Below, piece by piece: positions 26,163 to 37,730 of a stretch of 64,000 nucleotides of DNA. How positions within the stretch are numbered: the stretch's first letter is position 1; each line of letters starts with the position of its first letter. Position numbers and translations under genes: made by a program. The stretch is from NCBI GenBank assembly GCA_030390025.1, contig CM059431.1:124188001-124252000 (forward strand). The letters are read 5' to 3'. This DNA is from Squalus acanthias. Its lineage: Eukaryota. The notes beneath the pieces were generated by a model that saw only the letters and a list, made by a program, of their open reading frames with translations, was not told where the DNA came from and searched no databases.

Positions 26163-29100
26163 GGCTGGAATTTTCTGGGATCTGTGCAGGTGGGCATGGA
26201 GGCGAGTCAGTTGGGAAATTTGAAAAAAGTGGGAGCGGGTCGGGTACCCGCCATCATCCTGCCCACGTGTCTTTTCCTCGGGCGCGTTTCCCGGTGCGGC
26301 AGTGACCCGACCGACAGAGGCGTGCGACCTAATTGAAATTGTTATAACCTTGTTTTCAGACAGTTAAGAGCTTTTTTCTCCCTACATTTCAAATTTCCTT
26401 GTATGGCCATGGGATTCACACAGCTCGGGAACCATGACTGTCAGCCTGAGGCCGGAGTTGAGTGGCCATTGCTCCAGCTGATTATTTGACAGCATCAAAT
26501 GTAGTTTAAAAACTCCCACCTGACAGCTGATCACTTTCCTCAGGCAGAAGCTGTTGCTGACTGCTTTCCTGGCACAGATTGAGCTTTCTGCAGGCTGCAA
26601 GTCTTTCCAGCAAAGTCTCCATCCAGTGTCACCTCATTGGAAGAACCTCTCTCACCATTGACAGATTGCTTCTGTCAACTCTACTTGACCTGCCATCTCT
26701 TCATCAGCATGGGTGACGATAATACTGTCTCTCCTCCAGGGATCTGCAGCGGACATTTGCGGCATTTCGCAGTCGGCCGCCCACAGATGCATCACACAGG
26801 TCACCGATGCCCTCTTTAACAAGTCAACCACTTTGTCACTGATAAAGCTAGTGTTACTGAGCGGGCGCTCGGCTTTTCCACACTGGCTGGCATCCTATGG
26901 GTGCAGGGCATCATCGACTGCACACATGTGGCCATCAGGGCACTCCAGCATCACCCTGGAGTGTCTCTCAACTGCAAGGACTTCCACTCCCTCAAGGTGC
27001 AGCTGGACTGCAACCATAGGAAGATCATCATGCATGTGTGCGCCAAATTCCCTGGCAGCTGTCATAAATCTTTCATCCAGCGCCAGTCCGCCCTCCCTCA
27101 GCTTTCCGGCTGGTTGTTTGGAGACAAGGGCTATCCACTGAAGACGTGTCTCATGAAATCCTTGAGGAAGCCAAGTACTGAGGCCCAGGAGAGATATAAT
27201 GAAAGCCACATGTCCACCAGATGTGCCATAGAGCAGACAATAGGCCTGCTGAAAATGCGATTCATATGCCTTGACAGATCTGGAGGAGCCCTTCAGTATG
27301 CACCGGCCAGGGTCTCCAGAATCATCATGGTCTGCTGCCCCCTGCACAACATAGCAAAGCAGCGAGGATTAGCGCTGCATGAGGAGCATGGCACTGAGCA
27401 CACAGCATATTCAGAGGAGGAGGAGCAGGAGGAGGAGCAGCATCAGCTGGAAGATGAGGAGGAGCAGGAGCTGGAGGAACCTGCGGGGCCAATGGCACCA
27501 GCACTCGAGCCATTGCTGCCCAGGAGGCCAGGGATGGCCTCATCATGGCCAGATTTACTTAACTTTATGCAGTACACCCATATGGCTTCCACATGCTTCA
27601 CCACGTTGGCAACATCCCACAGCCACAATATAAAGCATCCAATCCATTCCTTTCACAGTCACCACCATTGCTGGAGGTAACGTTATGTCTGACCCTTTAC
27701 TCCAATAAACTAAGCCACTTACAATGGTGCACATGAATTTGTCAAAGACTGGAAAGTTTAGAAAAGGAAGAAATTTATGGTTGACATTAAATTAACTGAA
27801 ACTTCACGTTGAATAAAACACCCAAGTGGCGACCCTTGTGAATCTACTTGTATGGCATCTTTCTCTTCATGTGCTTCTACGTGGTGCAACCCCTGTGGCT
27901 TCAGCAGAGGTAGAGTCAGCCTCCGCACTTCCCTGCTGCGACTGCTTACACACTTTTGGCAGTCGTCCTCTGGGTTTTGGAGCCTGTGATGGCCCCACCA
28001 AAATCTGCTCCTCTTGCAACTGTGCTGGGGCAGACTCGGCCATCGCTGTCCGGGAGACATCTGGGGCTCTGACTGAGGGGGTGGCAATGGGGGAGAAGTG
28101 TGAGTTCTGTGAGAGGAGCCCTCACTACCATGTCCCCTCTCACCATCATCCCTCTCATGGGCCACCCGCACTTCCCTGCTAGCAAGGAGCTGGAGAACAC
28201 CTTGCTGCACATCAGTGGAGCCATGAGGACCCACGTCTATGCTGATATCCCTCCTAGAGAGGGTGTCTATGAGCCTCTGTCATCTATTCTCCATACTTAG
28301 CCATCTATTCTCCATAGCTACCCATCTATTGTCCATAGATAGCCATCTATTCTGCATAGAGACCATGCGCTCCTCTGAATAGTGCATTAGCTGCACCATG
28401 CAGGTGGCCATCCTATCCATGGAAGAGCATACAGTTGCCATCGCCTGCGACATGCTGGTGCTCATGTTGGAGATGGACAACTCCATTCTCTGAACACAGG
28501 CAATCATTGCGCTTGCAAAACTTGTCAAAGCCTCCTGCACTTGTTCCTGCAGCTCCAGGATCACCCTCTTTCTGGATGGCCCCCGAGGCTCAGTGTCTGC
28601 ATGCAGCTGAGCAGATCTGGGAGCGTCCTGTGCCCTCCGACGAGGAGTCTCCACCGCTGTCCCTGTCTCCACCATCTGCTCTTGCTCGGTTGTGATTTGT
28701 GAGACATCAGGTGACAACACTACTCTATCTCACGAGGGACCCACCGAGTTGTGTGTTTCTGCGCTGGTGCTGGGTGCGATTCTGTCAGGTGACAGTGCAC
28801 CCTCAGAGGCTGGAGGCTCCTCTGAGGAGTCGTCTTCCTCGTCCTCCTGGACAGTGGGGGTGGGGTGGGGGGAGGAGGGGTGGTGGCGGGGGTGCTCTTG
28901 ATGGACCTGTGGGAGAGTAAAGAGATGAGTTAGATATGTCCTATGAAGAATGGGTACAGATACCATCATGCACATCATGACCATTCAGTGGCTGATGACA
29001 TCAGTCCCCATATGAGTGACTGTTGTATGCCATGTAGCTGTATGCTATGTAATTCTGTCACCTGGTTGCTGTGATGTCCCCCTCTCTCCGTCTCCCACCT

Positions 29101-29990
29101 CCAGGTGCTTGGTGACTCCCGCCAGCTCTAAGGCAGCCTCCTCTGCTGTGGTCAGGGTGGCCATTGATGCCATTCCACCACCAATTCTCTCCCTCTCCCT
29201 CTTATTGTGGGCTCCGTTTTCCTGCAAGAATGGAAAGAAGAGGAGTTTGAGCGAGAGTGATGGAATGAGTGTAAGGAATGGATGGGATACATCTGTAATG
29301 GGTGACTATGATGAGTGGGGTGGCAATTCCAAGTGGCCTCCTTGCATATTGTTAGTTGGTATGATTGCATTAGGATGAGGGTGAGTGTGAGGGGTGGCTA
29401 GTAAAATGGGGATGTGATAATGTAGACAGAGAGAGAGGGATGGGTGGACATGCAAGGTATGTTGGTATGAGTAATGATGTGCAGGAGCAGGCTTGGGAAG
29501 GCAAAGTGATGGGGATGTGATGAGAGGCACAGCAGGATGAATGGACTCACCTTTCCTGATTTAACAAGATCATAGAAGCGTTTGCAGCACTGCACCCAGG
29601 TCCTCCTGACGACATCCCTGCTATTCACCTCCTCTGCTATTTAGAGCCAGGCTCCTTTGCTCTTCTGGTGAGGTCTCTTCCTTCCATCAGCAGGGAAGAG
29701 GGCCTCCCTGCGTGCACTGACTCCCTCCTCAAGTATATAGAGGGAATCATCGGAGAACCTGGGTGCAGCGCTCTGCCTTTGTGAAGTCATCTCTGGTAGT
29801 GTGTGCAGCAGTGGAATAGTGAAGTACACTGACTGCACACTCCTAAATGAACCTTCACATGCAATGTGACCATGGCTCCTTTAAATATACTGGCTGAAAA
29901 CGCATCATCGATGACATTACCTTTTAATTGAGCTGGGTAATGCGCAGGGTGGGTTTAACAGGCGGGGGTGGATTCAACCAGTATTACCCC
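26163..29990. mobile_element. Decayed two-gene Harbinger transposon
   Basis: Left end GGCTGGAATTTT. Plus-strand transposase remnant plus minus-strand spliced Myb/SANT remnants (29790-29550, ~29222-29062, ~28906-27830). Right TIR not found. Confidence 0.8.
26740..27570 (+). pseudogene. HARBI1-like DDE transposase remnant
   Basis: [34 protein letters not shown] and an acidic tail. N-terminus missing, frameshifted. Confidence 0.88.
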
Positions 29991-30010
29991 TCCAACTCCG
30001 GTGATCCTAT

Positions 30011-30259
30011 GTGGAAGTCTGCATGCTGGATGAGAACATGGTTGGGCTTAGCTGTCATGCACTCCGACATAGGTTTGCACCTGAAGAAGCGTCAGGTGCC
30101 AGAAAGCTGCCAGTGGTTATGGTACCATACCTGCAGGAGGACAGGACAGGAGTTATTGCAAGCATTTTCACTGCAAATAACCTTGCATTTGCTAGAATGC
30201 ATGGTCACCTCTGAGTTTGTGAAGATCAGTGCTCTCATACTTTTTCCAGGATTTTGACC
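30011..30259 (+). pseudogene. Candidate chordin-like (CHRD domain) coding remnant A
   Basis: Frame of ORF 30011 read through TGA 30212 gives RKLPVVMVPYLQEDR...MHGHL*VCEDQCSHTFSRILT, resembling recalled chordin RAVPRLSLRLLRAEQ...VWGPLIRHRALAAETFSAILT. Confidence 0.45.
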
Positions 30260-30357
30260 TGCCCAACATCTTTCAAAATGGGAAATAGTACAGTGTAAAA
30301 ACTTTGCAACCTGGATATTTTTAAATGGGATATATTTTTTAAATCTTAAAATTAACA

Positions 30358-30747
30358 TGTTATACAGGGCCTTGGTGAGACCACACCTGGAGTACTGTGT
30401 GTAGTTTTGGCCTCCTTACCTAAGAAAGGATATACTTGCCATAGAGGGAGTGCAGCGAAGGTTCACCAGACTGATTCCTGGGATGGCAGGACTGTCGTAT
30501 GAGGAGAGATTGGGTCGACTAGGCCTGTATTCACTAGAGTTTAGAAGAATGAGAGGGTATCTCATTGAAACGTGTAAAATTCTGACAGGGCTAGACAGAC
30601 TGGATGCAGGGAGGATGTTTCCCCTGGCTGGGGGGTCTAGAACGAGGGGTCACAGTCTCAGGATATGGGGTAGGAGGATCAGCCATGATCATATTGAATG
30701 GCGAATAGCCTACTCCTGCTCCTATTTTTCTATGTTCTATGTTTCTA
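30358..30747 (+). mobile_element. CR1 LINE 3' fragment with internal deletion
   Basis: QRRFTRLIPGM.GLSYEERLGRLGLYSLEFRRMRG, ending in a TTCTATGT-type tail. Confidence 0.92.
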
Positions 30748-30966
30748 ACATGCCACCAAAGCTTTTTAATGTAACACTTTTCAAACAGTTTACCAGCTAT
30801 TTAACCAGTGTACAAGGTTTGATAATCCAATTGTGCAGTATGCATTAATTTTGTAAAATGGTTGCGTGGTAAGTTCAAAGAATGTCAGGCACACAGCAAG
30901 TGCATAGTGGAAAACCACAGGTATGCTGATGATATTTAGTTCATTCTTGTAACAGTAATTTTTCAG

Positions 30967-31140
30967 TATGTACTGGCTGCAAGCAGTGGCCCGCTGGTTG
31001 TGCAGGGTCTTGCAATGTTATCCTTAAGTGATGATGAATGTGAATTCGATCTCCAGTGATATGAGGACTTGGCGTTTATTGCAGAAGAAGTTCCACAACT
31101 TAAGAGCACAAATGAGCCAAGAACATTTCTGCATATTCGA
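30967..31140 (+). pseudogene. Candidate chordin-like (CHRD domain) coding remnant B
   Basis: After TTTTCAG: YVLAASSGPLVVQGLAMLSLSDDECEFDLQ*. GLAMLSLSD resembles recalled chordin GLAMLTLSD. Confidence 0.45.
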
Positions 31141-31149
31141 GGAAATAAT

Positions 31150-31470
31150 TTATATTTATATTGTGTCTCATCACAAGCTCAGGGTGTTCCAAAGCACTTC
31201 ACAACCAATGGTATACTTTTGAAGTGCAATCAATGTTGTTAGGTAAGCAAGAGTTACAGCTAATTTGTGCACAGCAAAGACCCCCCAAACATTAAATGTA
31301 TGAACGACCAGATAATCTGTTTTTAGTGGTATTGGTTTACAGGGGAATGTTGACTAGGAGATGAAGATAAATCTCTACTCTTCTTTGATTAGTGCCGGGA
31401 CTTTATACATCCAAGTGAATGGGCAGATGAGGTCTTGGTTTCACATGATTGTCACCTCCGTCAATGTGCC
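31150..31470 (-). mobile_element. Decayed Deu-domain SINE fragment
   Basis: CAAAGCACTTCACAACCAATG...GACCAGATAATCTGTTTTTAGTG is the reverse complement of the SINE body at 31953-32415. Confidence 0.75.
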
Positions 31471-31952
31471 ATTTCTTCAGTGAGCTTTGAGCCCTCAAAC
31501 ATCTGAAATTAGCAGCACGGGACCCATATAAATCTCTCAACTTTAATCCTATTTTCCTGAACCCTTTAATATTTTTCTTCTTCAAGCGTTGATATAATGC
31601 CCTTTTAAATGTCGTGATTGACTCAGCTTCAATAGACAATTTTGACAAAGCATTCCATATCTAATAGCTTTTGTGTGAAAACCTTTCTACTAATCTCGCC
31701 CTTTTAAATTTCAAGTGCTAATCCTGAATTTATGCCCTTGTGCTATCAGCTCATTAATCAATGGATAGGAGCGATCCTCAGAGCAGCATGAGTGAATAGT
31801 CCATTGATGCTTTCTTGTGGTAGTGCACCACTGTTTATACACAGCTATTTTTTTCACTAAAGTAAGTGAGCAGGGGAAGATATTTCCTTTTTTTAGGTGA
31901 TGTAGAGGGGCCACATTGTCAAAAGAATCTTGATGTGCTGTATCCACCATGT

Positions 31953-32415
31953 GTCAGCTGTAGCCATCCAAGGTAGCACCCTCACCTCTGAGTCAGAAGG
32001 TTGTGGGTTCAAGTCCTACTCTCGAGGTTTGAGCACAAAAATTTAGGCTGACACTCCAGTGCAGTACTGAGGGAGTACTGCACTGTCAGAGGTGCCGTCT
32101 TCCGGATGAGATGTTAAACTGAGGCCCCATCTGCCCTCACACGTGGACGTAAAAGATCCCATGGCACAATTTTGAATAACAGTAGGGGAGTTCCCCAGTA
32201 TCCTGGCCAATATTTATCCTTCAACCAACATCACTAAAACAGATTATCTGGTCATTATCAGATTGCTGTTTGTAGCAGCTTGCTGTGTGCAAATTGGCTG
32301 CCTGCCTTTCTTACATTACAACAGTGACGACATCTCAAAAGTACTTCAGTGGCTGTAAAGCACTTTGGGACATCATGAGTTCATGAAAAGCGCTATATAA
32401 ATGCAAGTCTTTCTA
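31953..32415 (+). mobile_element. tRNA-derived Deu-domain SINE (SacSINE1/AmnSINE1-like)
   Basis: tRNA-like head with B box GGTTCAAGTCC; body CAGATTATCTGGTCATT...AAATTGGCTGCC; tail GCGCTATATAAATGCAAGTCTTTC. Confidence 0.85.
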
Positions 32416-33295
32416 TGTCAGAAGCTAAGACCCACCAAGTCAGAAAATACATTTAGCCGCCTAAATCAAGGCCTGCCTGAAAATCGCAGTGGGCGGGCTT
32501 CTGGCAGTGAGCCAGCAATTTTTCTTTTGTGAATTTCATCCTGCTACTGCTCCGTTCATGCTGAAAAATGGGCGGTAGGGAGCTGAAAGCAGCTCACTTT
32601 CTCATTACTGAGCAGCCTTCAAGCAACTTCTCCCACTCACTTTTCTGTAACTATTTCATCTGAATACATGTTTCATGGGTTGAGCTTAGTTAAGACCCAA
32701 TAAAAGTATAGATTTCAAGGAGTTAAATCATCCTTCTTTTGCTTCAATATATTATTGGAGAAATTGCAGTTTGCACAGAAGCTATACGGTGTTTGCATTG
32801 TTGAGTCAAATTTCATATGTAATTGTATGCAGCAGAAGAATTTGACATGTTATATAAGCCCTTCAGCATAACTGATTAGGTTACTGACTCTGTGTTGGAC
32901 AGCTATTAATGTAATTTTGAGTGGCTAATAAATAAATGAACTGATTAAAACACCCATCTCATATCCAATTTCATTAAAAAGTGCTGTTTGCCAGGTTGCA
33001 ATCTGTTATTGGTTTGGACAAACAGAAAGCTGACTGTGTAAATATTCTAATTCAACATTATGCAGAAAATCTGCAAAAAACTAATTTCATCTATGATAGA
33101 ATTTTCTCATCTGCACAGATGAGCCTGTTAAATAAATTGCAAATGAAGGATTTTTATCAGAAAAATTTCTTACTGATTAAAAATAGCAGATGGAAAATTT
33201 TGATCACCAGCAATTGTGCATTTATAAGAAACAAAGGGATGGATTTTAACCCTAGCGACCTGGCAGAAACCGAGTGGGTAAGCAGTTAAAATGCA

Positions 33296-35720
33296 TTGAT
33301 GACTGCACAGTGTTCAGTGTCATTCACAACTCCTCAGATAATGAAGCAGTCCATGCTCGCATGCAACAAGACCTGGATGACATTCAGGCTAGGGCTGATA
33401 AGTGGCAGGTAACATTTGCGCCACACATGTGCCAGGCAATGACTATCTCAAACAAGCGAGAGTCTAACCACCGCCCTTTGACATTCAATGGCATTACCAT
33501 CACCAAATCCCCCACCATCAACATCCTGGGGGTCACCATTGACCAGAAACTTAACTGGACCAGCCACATAAATACTGTGGCAACAAGAGCAGGTCAGAGG
33601 CTAGGTATTCTGCGGCGAGAGTCTCACCTCCTGACTCCCCAAAGCCTTTCCACCATCTACAAGGCACAAGTAAAGGAGTCTGATGGAATACTCTCCACTT
33701 GCCTGGATGAGTGCAGCTCCAACAACACTCAAGAAGCTCGACACCATCCAGGAATAGCAGCCCACTTGATTGGCACCCCATCCACCACCTTAAGCATACA
33801 CTCCCTCCACCACCGGTGTACCGTGGCTGCAGTGTGTACCATCTACAAGATGTACTGCAGCAACTCGCCAAGGCTTCTTCGACAGCACCTCCCAAACCCG
33901 CGACCTCTGCCACCTAGAAGGACAAGGGCAGCAGGCGCATGGGAACACCACCACCTCCAAGTTCCCCTCCAAGTCACATGCCATCCTGACTTGGAAGTAT
34001 ATCGCCGATCTGTAAGGGGTTACGGTTCAGAGTGGTTGTACTGGGTTAGGCCTTATTGCTTGCTCTGGTCTCCGGCCAGCCTTGTAGCACTAAACACCTG
34101 TGAGTGGTTCGACCCACTCGCCCTTACGGTTCTGACACTGGACTTAGGTGCGAGAGCAGTAATGCAGAGAAAACTCAGGTAGACCCGGTTGAATAGTACG
34201 AAATGGAAATCTTTATTGCATATTGTTCAGAATTACGAAATACATGTCATAAGCACAGATTAATGACAGTACAAGCTTACATACATTTATTAAACTAGGT
34301 TTAGGGAAACGAGGAGCGCACAACACATCGAAAAAGGGGACACACATTATAATTATCCTTAATAAAAACCCCCTCCCCTATCAATGCCTGCTCTAATCTA
34401 GATCTGTAGGATCGAGAAACATGCTCACCACTCGTAATACCTCGGAGAATTCTAAAACGGTGCTCGGCTGTTTTCACTGCAACACCTGACCGTTCACGTG
34501 TTGACCAGGGGTCTCTGTACCCCACTTGTTTATTTGCTCTGCTCTGGCTAGCAGGCTAAATCGTCTGCTGTTATGAAGATCTGTGTTGACCTCGGATTCC
34601 CGATCAAAACCTATACAGCTTAACAATGTTCACTTATTTCGGGCGCGGTCGGGGTTTACTGACCTGCGGCGGCACGTGGATTCTTCTTCTTCTCTTCTCA
34701 TCTCATCTCATCTCCTTGGGCCTTCGGGTCCAGACACCGTTTACCGACCTTCGGGATGGTGCACCCGATTTCGCAGCGCGCCACGAGGTCGACCCCAAAA
34801 AGGATCAGCGGAACAAGAGAGAATAACGGTCGTCCGGGATAAGAGCCAAGAGTCGATTCCAAGTGAATGACAGAATAAGAGAGAGATGGACGTTTGGACA
34901 CTACAGTTATAGTACTGTAATTCCTTATCTCCCGCACAAACTTAATGTTCATCTTTTGTCATGTTTTGGCGCTCAAACTTCTTGTATGGGGTGGTTCTTG
35001 TCGTTAATGGGTTTCGGTGATACTTGTAACTGTCTAAGTACCTGTTAATATTTCTCCCATTGTGGAACTGGCTAGGTGTCTCCCTGGAGGGGTTTTGGGG
35101 GCCTCCGAATTCTTGCTGTGAGTACCCGCGAACGGCTCTCTCATCGTAGAGCCGCGGGGAATTTGCGTATCAATGTCTTTGGATGGGACCTTGATTGCTC
35201 AGTACAATAGCCCTCGTTTGTGCATGGAAAACCGATTCCAGCACTTATATTTCTTGTTTAGGTGTCAAAATGCAAAACGATCGCGTCTTGTCTTATATCA
35301 ATATATGCTGAGCATTGTCCGATCTTGCTGAAATGTTTATTGGAACGCCATCTTGTCTGCCTACTGAAAAGTCTAGAAACTTCTGCCACGAGGTGCGGCG
35401 GCCATTTTACAGGCTTCTTGTGTCCGTTTTGAAACCTGACAGCATTTTGCTGAAATAAAACTGTTTTAACGAATCTGTATCTCTCTTTCTCGTTATTTCG
35501 AAATCGCGATAATTTGCGAATTTTACAGATCCTTCATCGTCACTGGGTCAAAATCCTGGAACTCCCTCCCTAACAGCACTGTGGGAGTACCTTCACCACA
35601 CGGACTTCTGCAGTTCAAGAAGGCGGCTCACCACCAACTTCTCAAGGGCAACTAGGGATGAGCAATAAATGCTGGCCTTACCAGCGACGCCGACATCCCA
35701 TGAACGAATAAAAAAAAAAA
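33296..35720 (+). mobile_element. 3' fragment of the 22900-25560 LINE family, split by a solo LTR
   Basis: Colinear with ~24660-25545; ends in AATAAA plus poly(A) at 35707-35720. Confidence 0.93.
34011..35527 (-). mobile_element. Solo-LTR-like element, family A (1517 bp)
   Basis: TGT...ACA termini; 4-bp TSD GATC (34007-34010, 35528-35531). Empty site CCGATCCTTC at ~25370. Minus-strand AATAAA at ~34212. Confidence 0.9.
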
Positions 35721-35741
35721 TTACCAAATTGTGCATGAAAA

Positions 35742-35999
35742 TTCAATCCTAACCAGAAAAGTAAGCTGGGCATTGCTAAGCATTGGCTGGGCCAGGATGG
35801 TTTATTTGCGAGGTCTGATTTTCCTCTCCTTTGTGCCCAGAAACACCTATTTTCCAGGTGCAAATCAAAAGAAAAAGGGGGGCAGAGACCTGTTCTACTA
35901 GGTCTGTAACCCCTTTATACTCCAAGCGCATCCCTGGGGTTATCCCCAGCTGTGGGCAGAGAGTTTCTATTTCAGATGGGAACATTTAAATTAAATGTA
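35742..35999 (+). pseudogene. Candidate chordin-like (CHRD domain) coding remnant D
   Basis: One frame with a single stop (35907): FNPNQKSKLGIAKHWLGQDG...QRPVL...LGLSPAVG...KLNV, colinear with recalled chordin LNPTKTGAVGSASITLHENG...QRTVL...VGICPGLG...FLNV. Confidence 0.4.
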
Positions 36000-36284
36000 A
36001 ATTATACAGCGTTAACCTGAGAATATTCCACAAATCATTTTCTTAGGTTTCCAGCCACATGGTAGAAGGGCTATTAACAGTGGGCCTTTCTGGTACTAGA
36101 GGGAGGTCCAGGGTGTGGTAACAGCATGAACACATAAATATGAGTGGGTTCAGGTCTGTTTGAGCAAAGCACATTTCCCCAGCACACTACCCAAGTTACA
36201 CTTGGGTGGAGGGAGGAGAAAGATTGGTTCCATATATATATAAGATTAATGAAGGTCTAGGTATATATTTTTTCCCCTTGGCAA

Positions 36285-36605
36285 TTTTCTCTTCTTCCCT
36301 TCTTTGTTGAAGGTATTGACTCCTTTATTGCACTACAATTCTATGGGGGTGAGTCACCCCCAGAGCTTTGCCTAAGTAGCTTGTCATTCATTATGAGCCT
36401 TGAGAGTGAGGGCCGGCCAGATATTTGATGCAGCAAACATTAGACACGGACAGTCCAGGTAAGATTGTCAGATAGTGATCATGGCCAATTTTTTCATCCC
36501 TTATCTAATGCCTATTATCACCTCAGCTTACTCAGCACAAACCTGTGGCCTCCCTGGTCCATATATCTTTCCTATACACTGCATTTACTCATTGAGCTAA
36601 GAAGG
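36285..36605 (-). mobile_element. Old tRNA-headed SINE remnant
   Basis: Ends with a degraded reverse tRNA-like head (ACTCAGCACA...ACCTG...CCCTGGTC...TGAGCTA). Resembles a shark SINE recalled from memory. Confidence 0.4.
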
Positions 36606-37730
36606 TGAACACTTGGCATTGCGTTAAAAGGTGTCTTATACACAGTTTCTGTAAATACTTTCCAAAGGATGAAATTATAGTCCCCTTTAGCTTTCAGCTC
36701 TTGCATCTCTATAGCAATCTTAATTGATTAGGTGAATAGTTTCTGACAGATTGGATTATGTAACACCATTTCCTTCCTCTTTATTATTCAGAAAATCAGT
36801 TACGTTCATAACGGTCCAATAAGCAGAGAGAATTCACCGTGAACTGGAATTAAAATGCTGATATATTTGAATGCTGATATTAGACAGGGAGTTTCAGCAC
36901 ATTCTGTCCAATTCTATTTAATTTGGCCGTGAAGAACAAAAATGCTCAGAGTGTTAAACAATAATTTCACAAAGATTTAATCATTATGATACTTTTTAGT
37001 GGATGTGTACCACTGTATTGATGGATTAAACATTAATCAAATAGTAATGAATGGAACAGGTCTGTCTCGGTACATGTTATGATGGACATCCCTGGCACTT
37101 TATTACATTCAATGAATTATTGGGTCCTTGTAATCCTGTGTAATGTAATCGAAGTTGATTCTACTGTAGCAGCTAACAACTTACATTCTATATGGAGTAA
37201 TGACCTTTTTGACTATAAGGGGTAAAAATTCAGTTGGTTGCGCCTCCCGTTGGCGCCTTAAATGGGCGCTAATGGGGCGTTAAGGCGCTAACGCCCGGGC
37301 GCAGCGCTGTTTGCGCCGCTCGAGAACTTAACTTGAGATTGTGCGGCGGCGCTAAAACTTACCGCTGCGACCACCTGCGCGCGCAGATTGTGACGTCAGT
37401 CCGTGGTGCAACGCCCTTGGGGCGCCCCGGAGCGGAAATTGAGTGGCGCCCCCTGCCTTACCGCCTGGCGCTTCCAACGACCGGAAGACTGGAACGTTAT
37501 CAATCGGTCTGGGGCTGGGGGGGGCGCTATTTAAAGGGGGCCTCTACCTGTCTTTTTCTGTGGTCGACATTTATGCACCACTCGTTCTGAGAGAGAGAGA
37601 GAGATTCGGAGAGAGAGAGAGAGAGACTTCTACATTGACTCAACGCTTTATGAGGTAGTTTTGCCTAGTTCATCCTAACTTTGCTGCTACTTTCGTTGCT
37701 GTACCTCATTACTTTTCTGGCAAAGAGAAG

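Noticed and set aside
31953..32025. tRNA gene
   Set aside because: It is a degenerate SINE head with no complete cloverleaf.
36069..36210. LTVGLSG and YEWVQVCLSKA...HLGG resembling CHRD domain 4
   Set aside because: Needs frameshifts and a deletion, and may belong to the adjacent SINE tail.
36335..36465. LQFYGGE resembling chordin FYGSE
   Set aside because: It appears to lie inside an old SINE on the opposite strand, so it is probably chance. It is a warning about by-eye matches.
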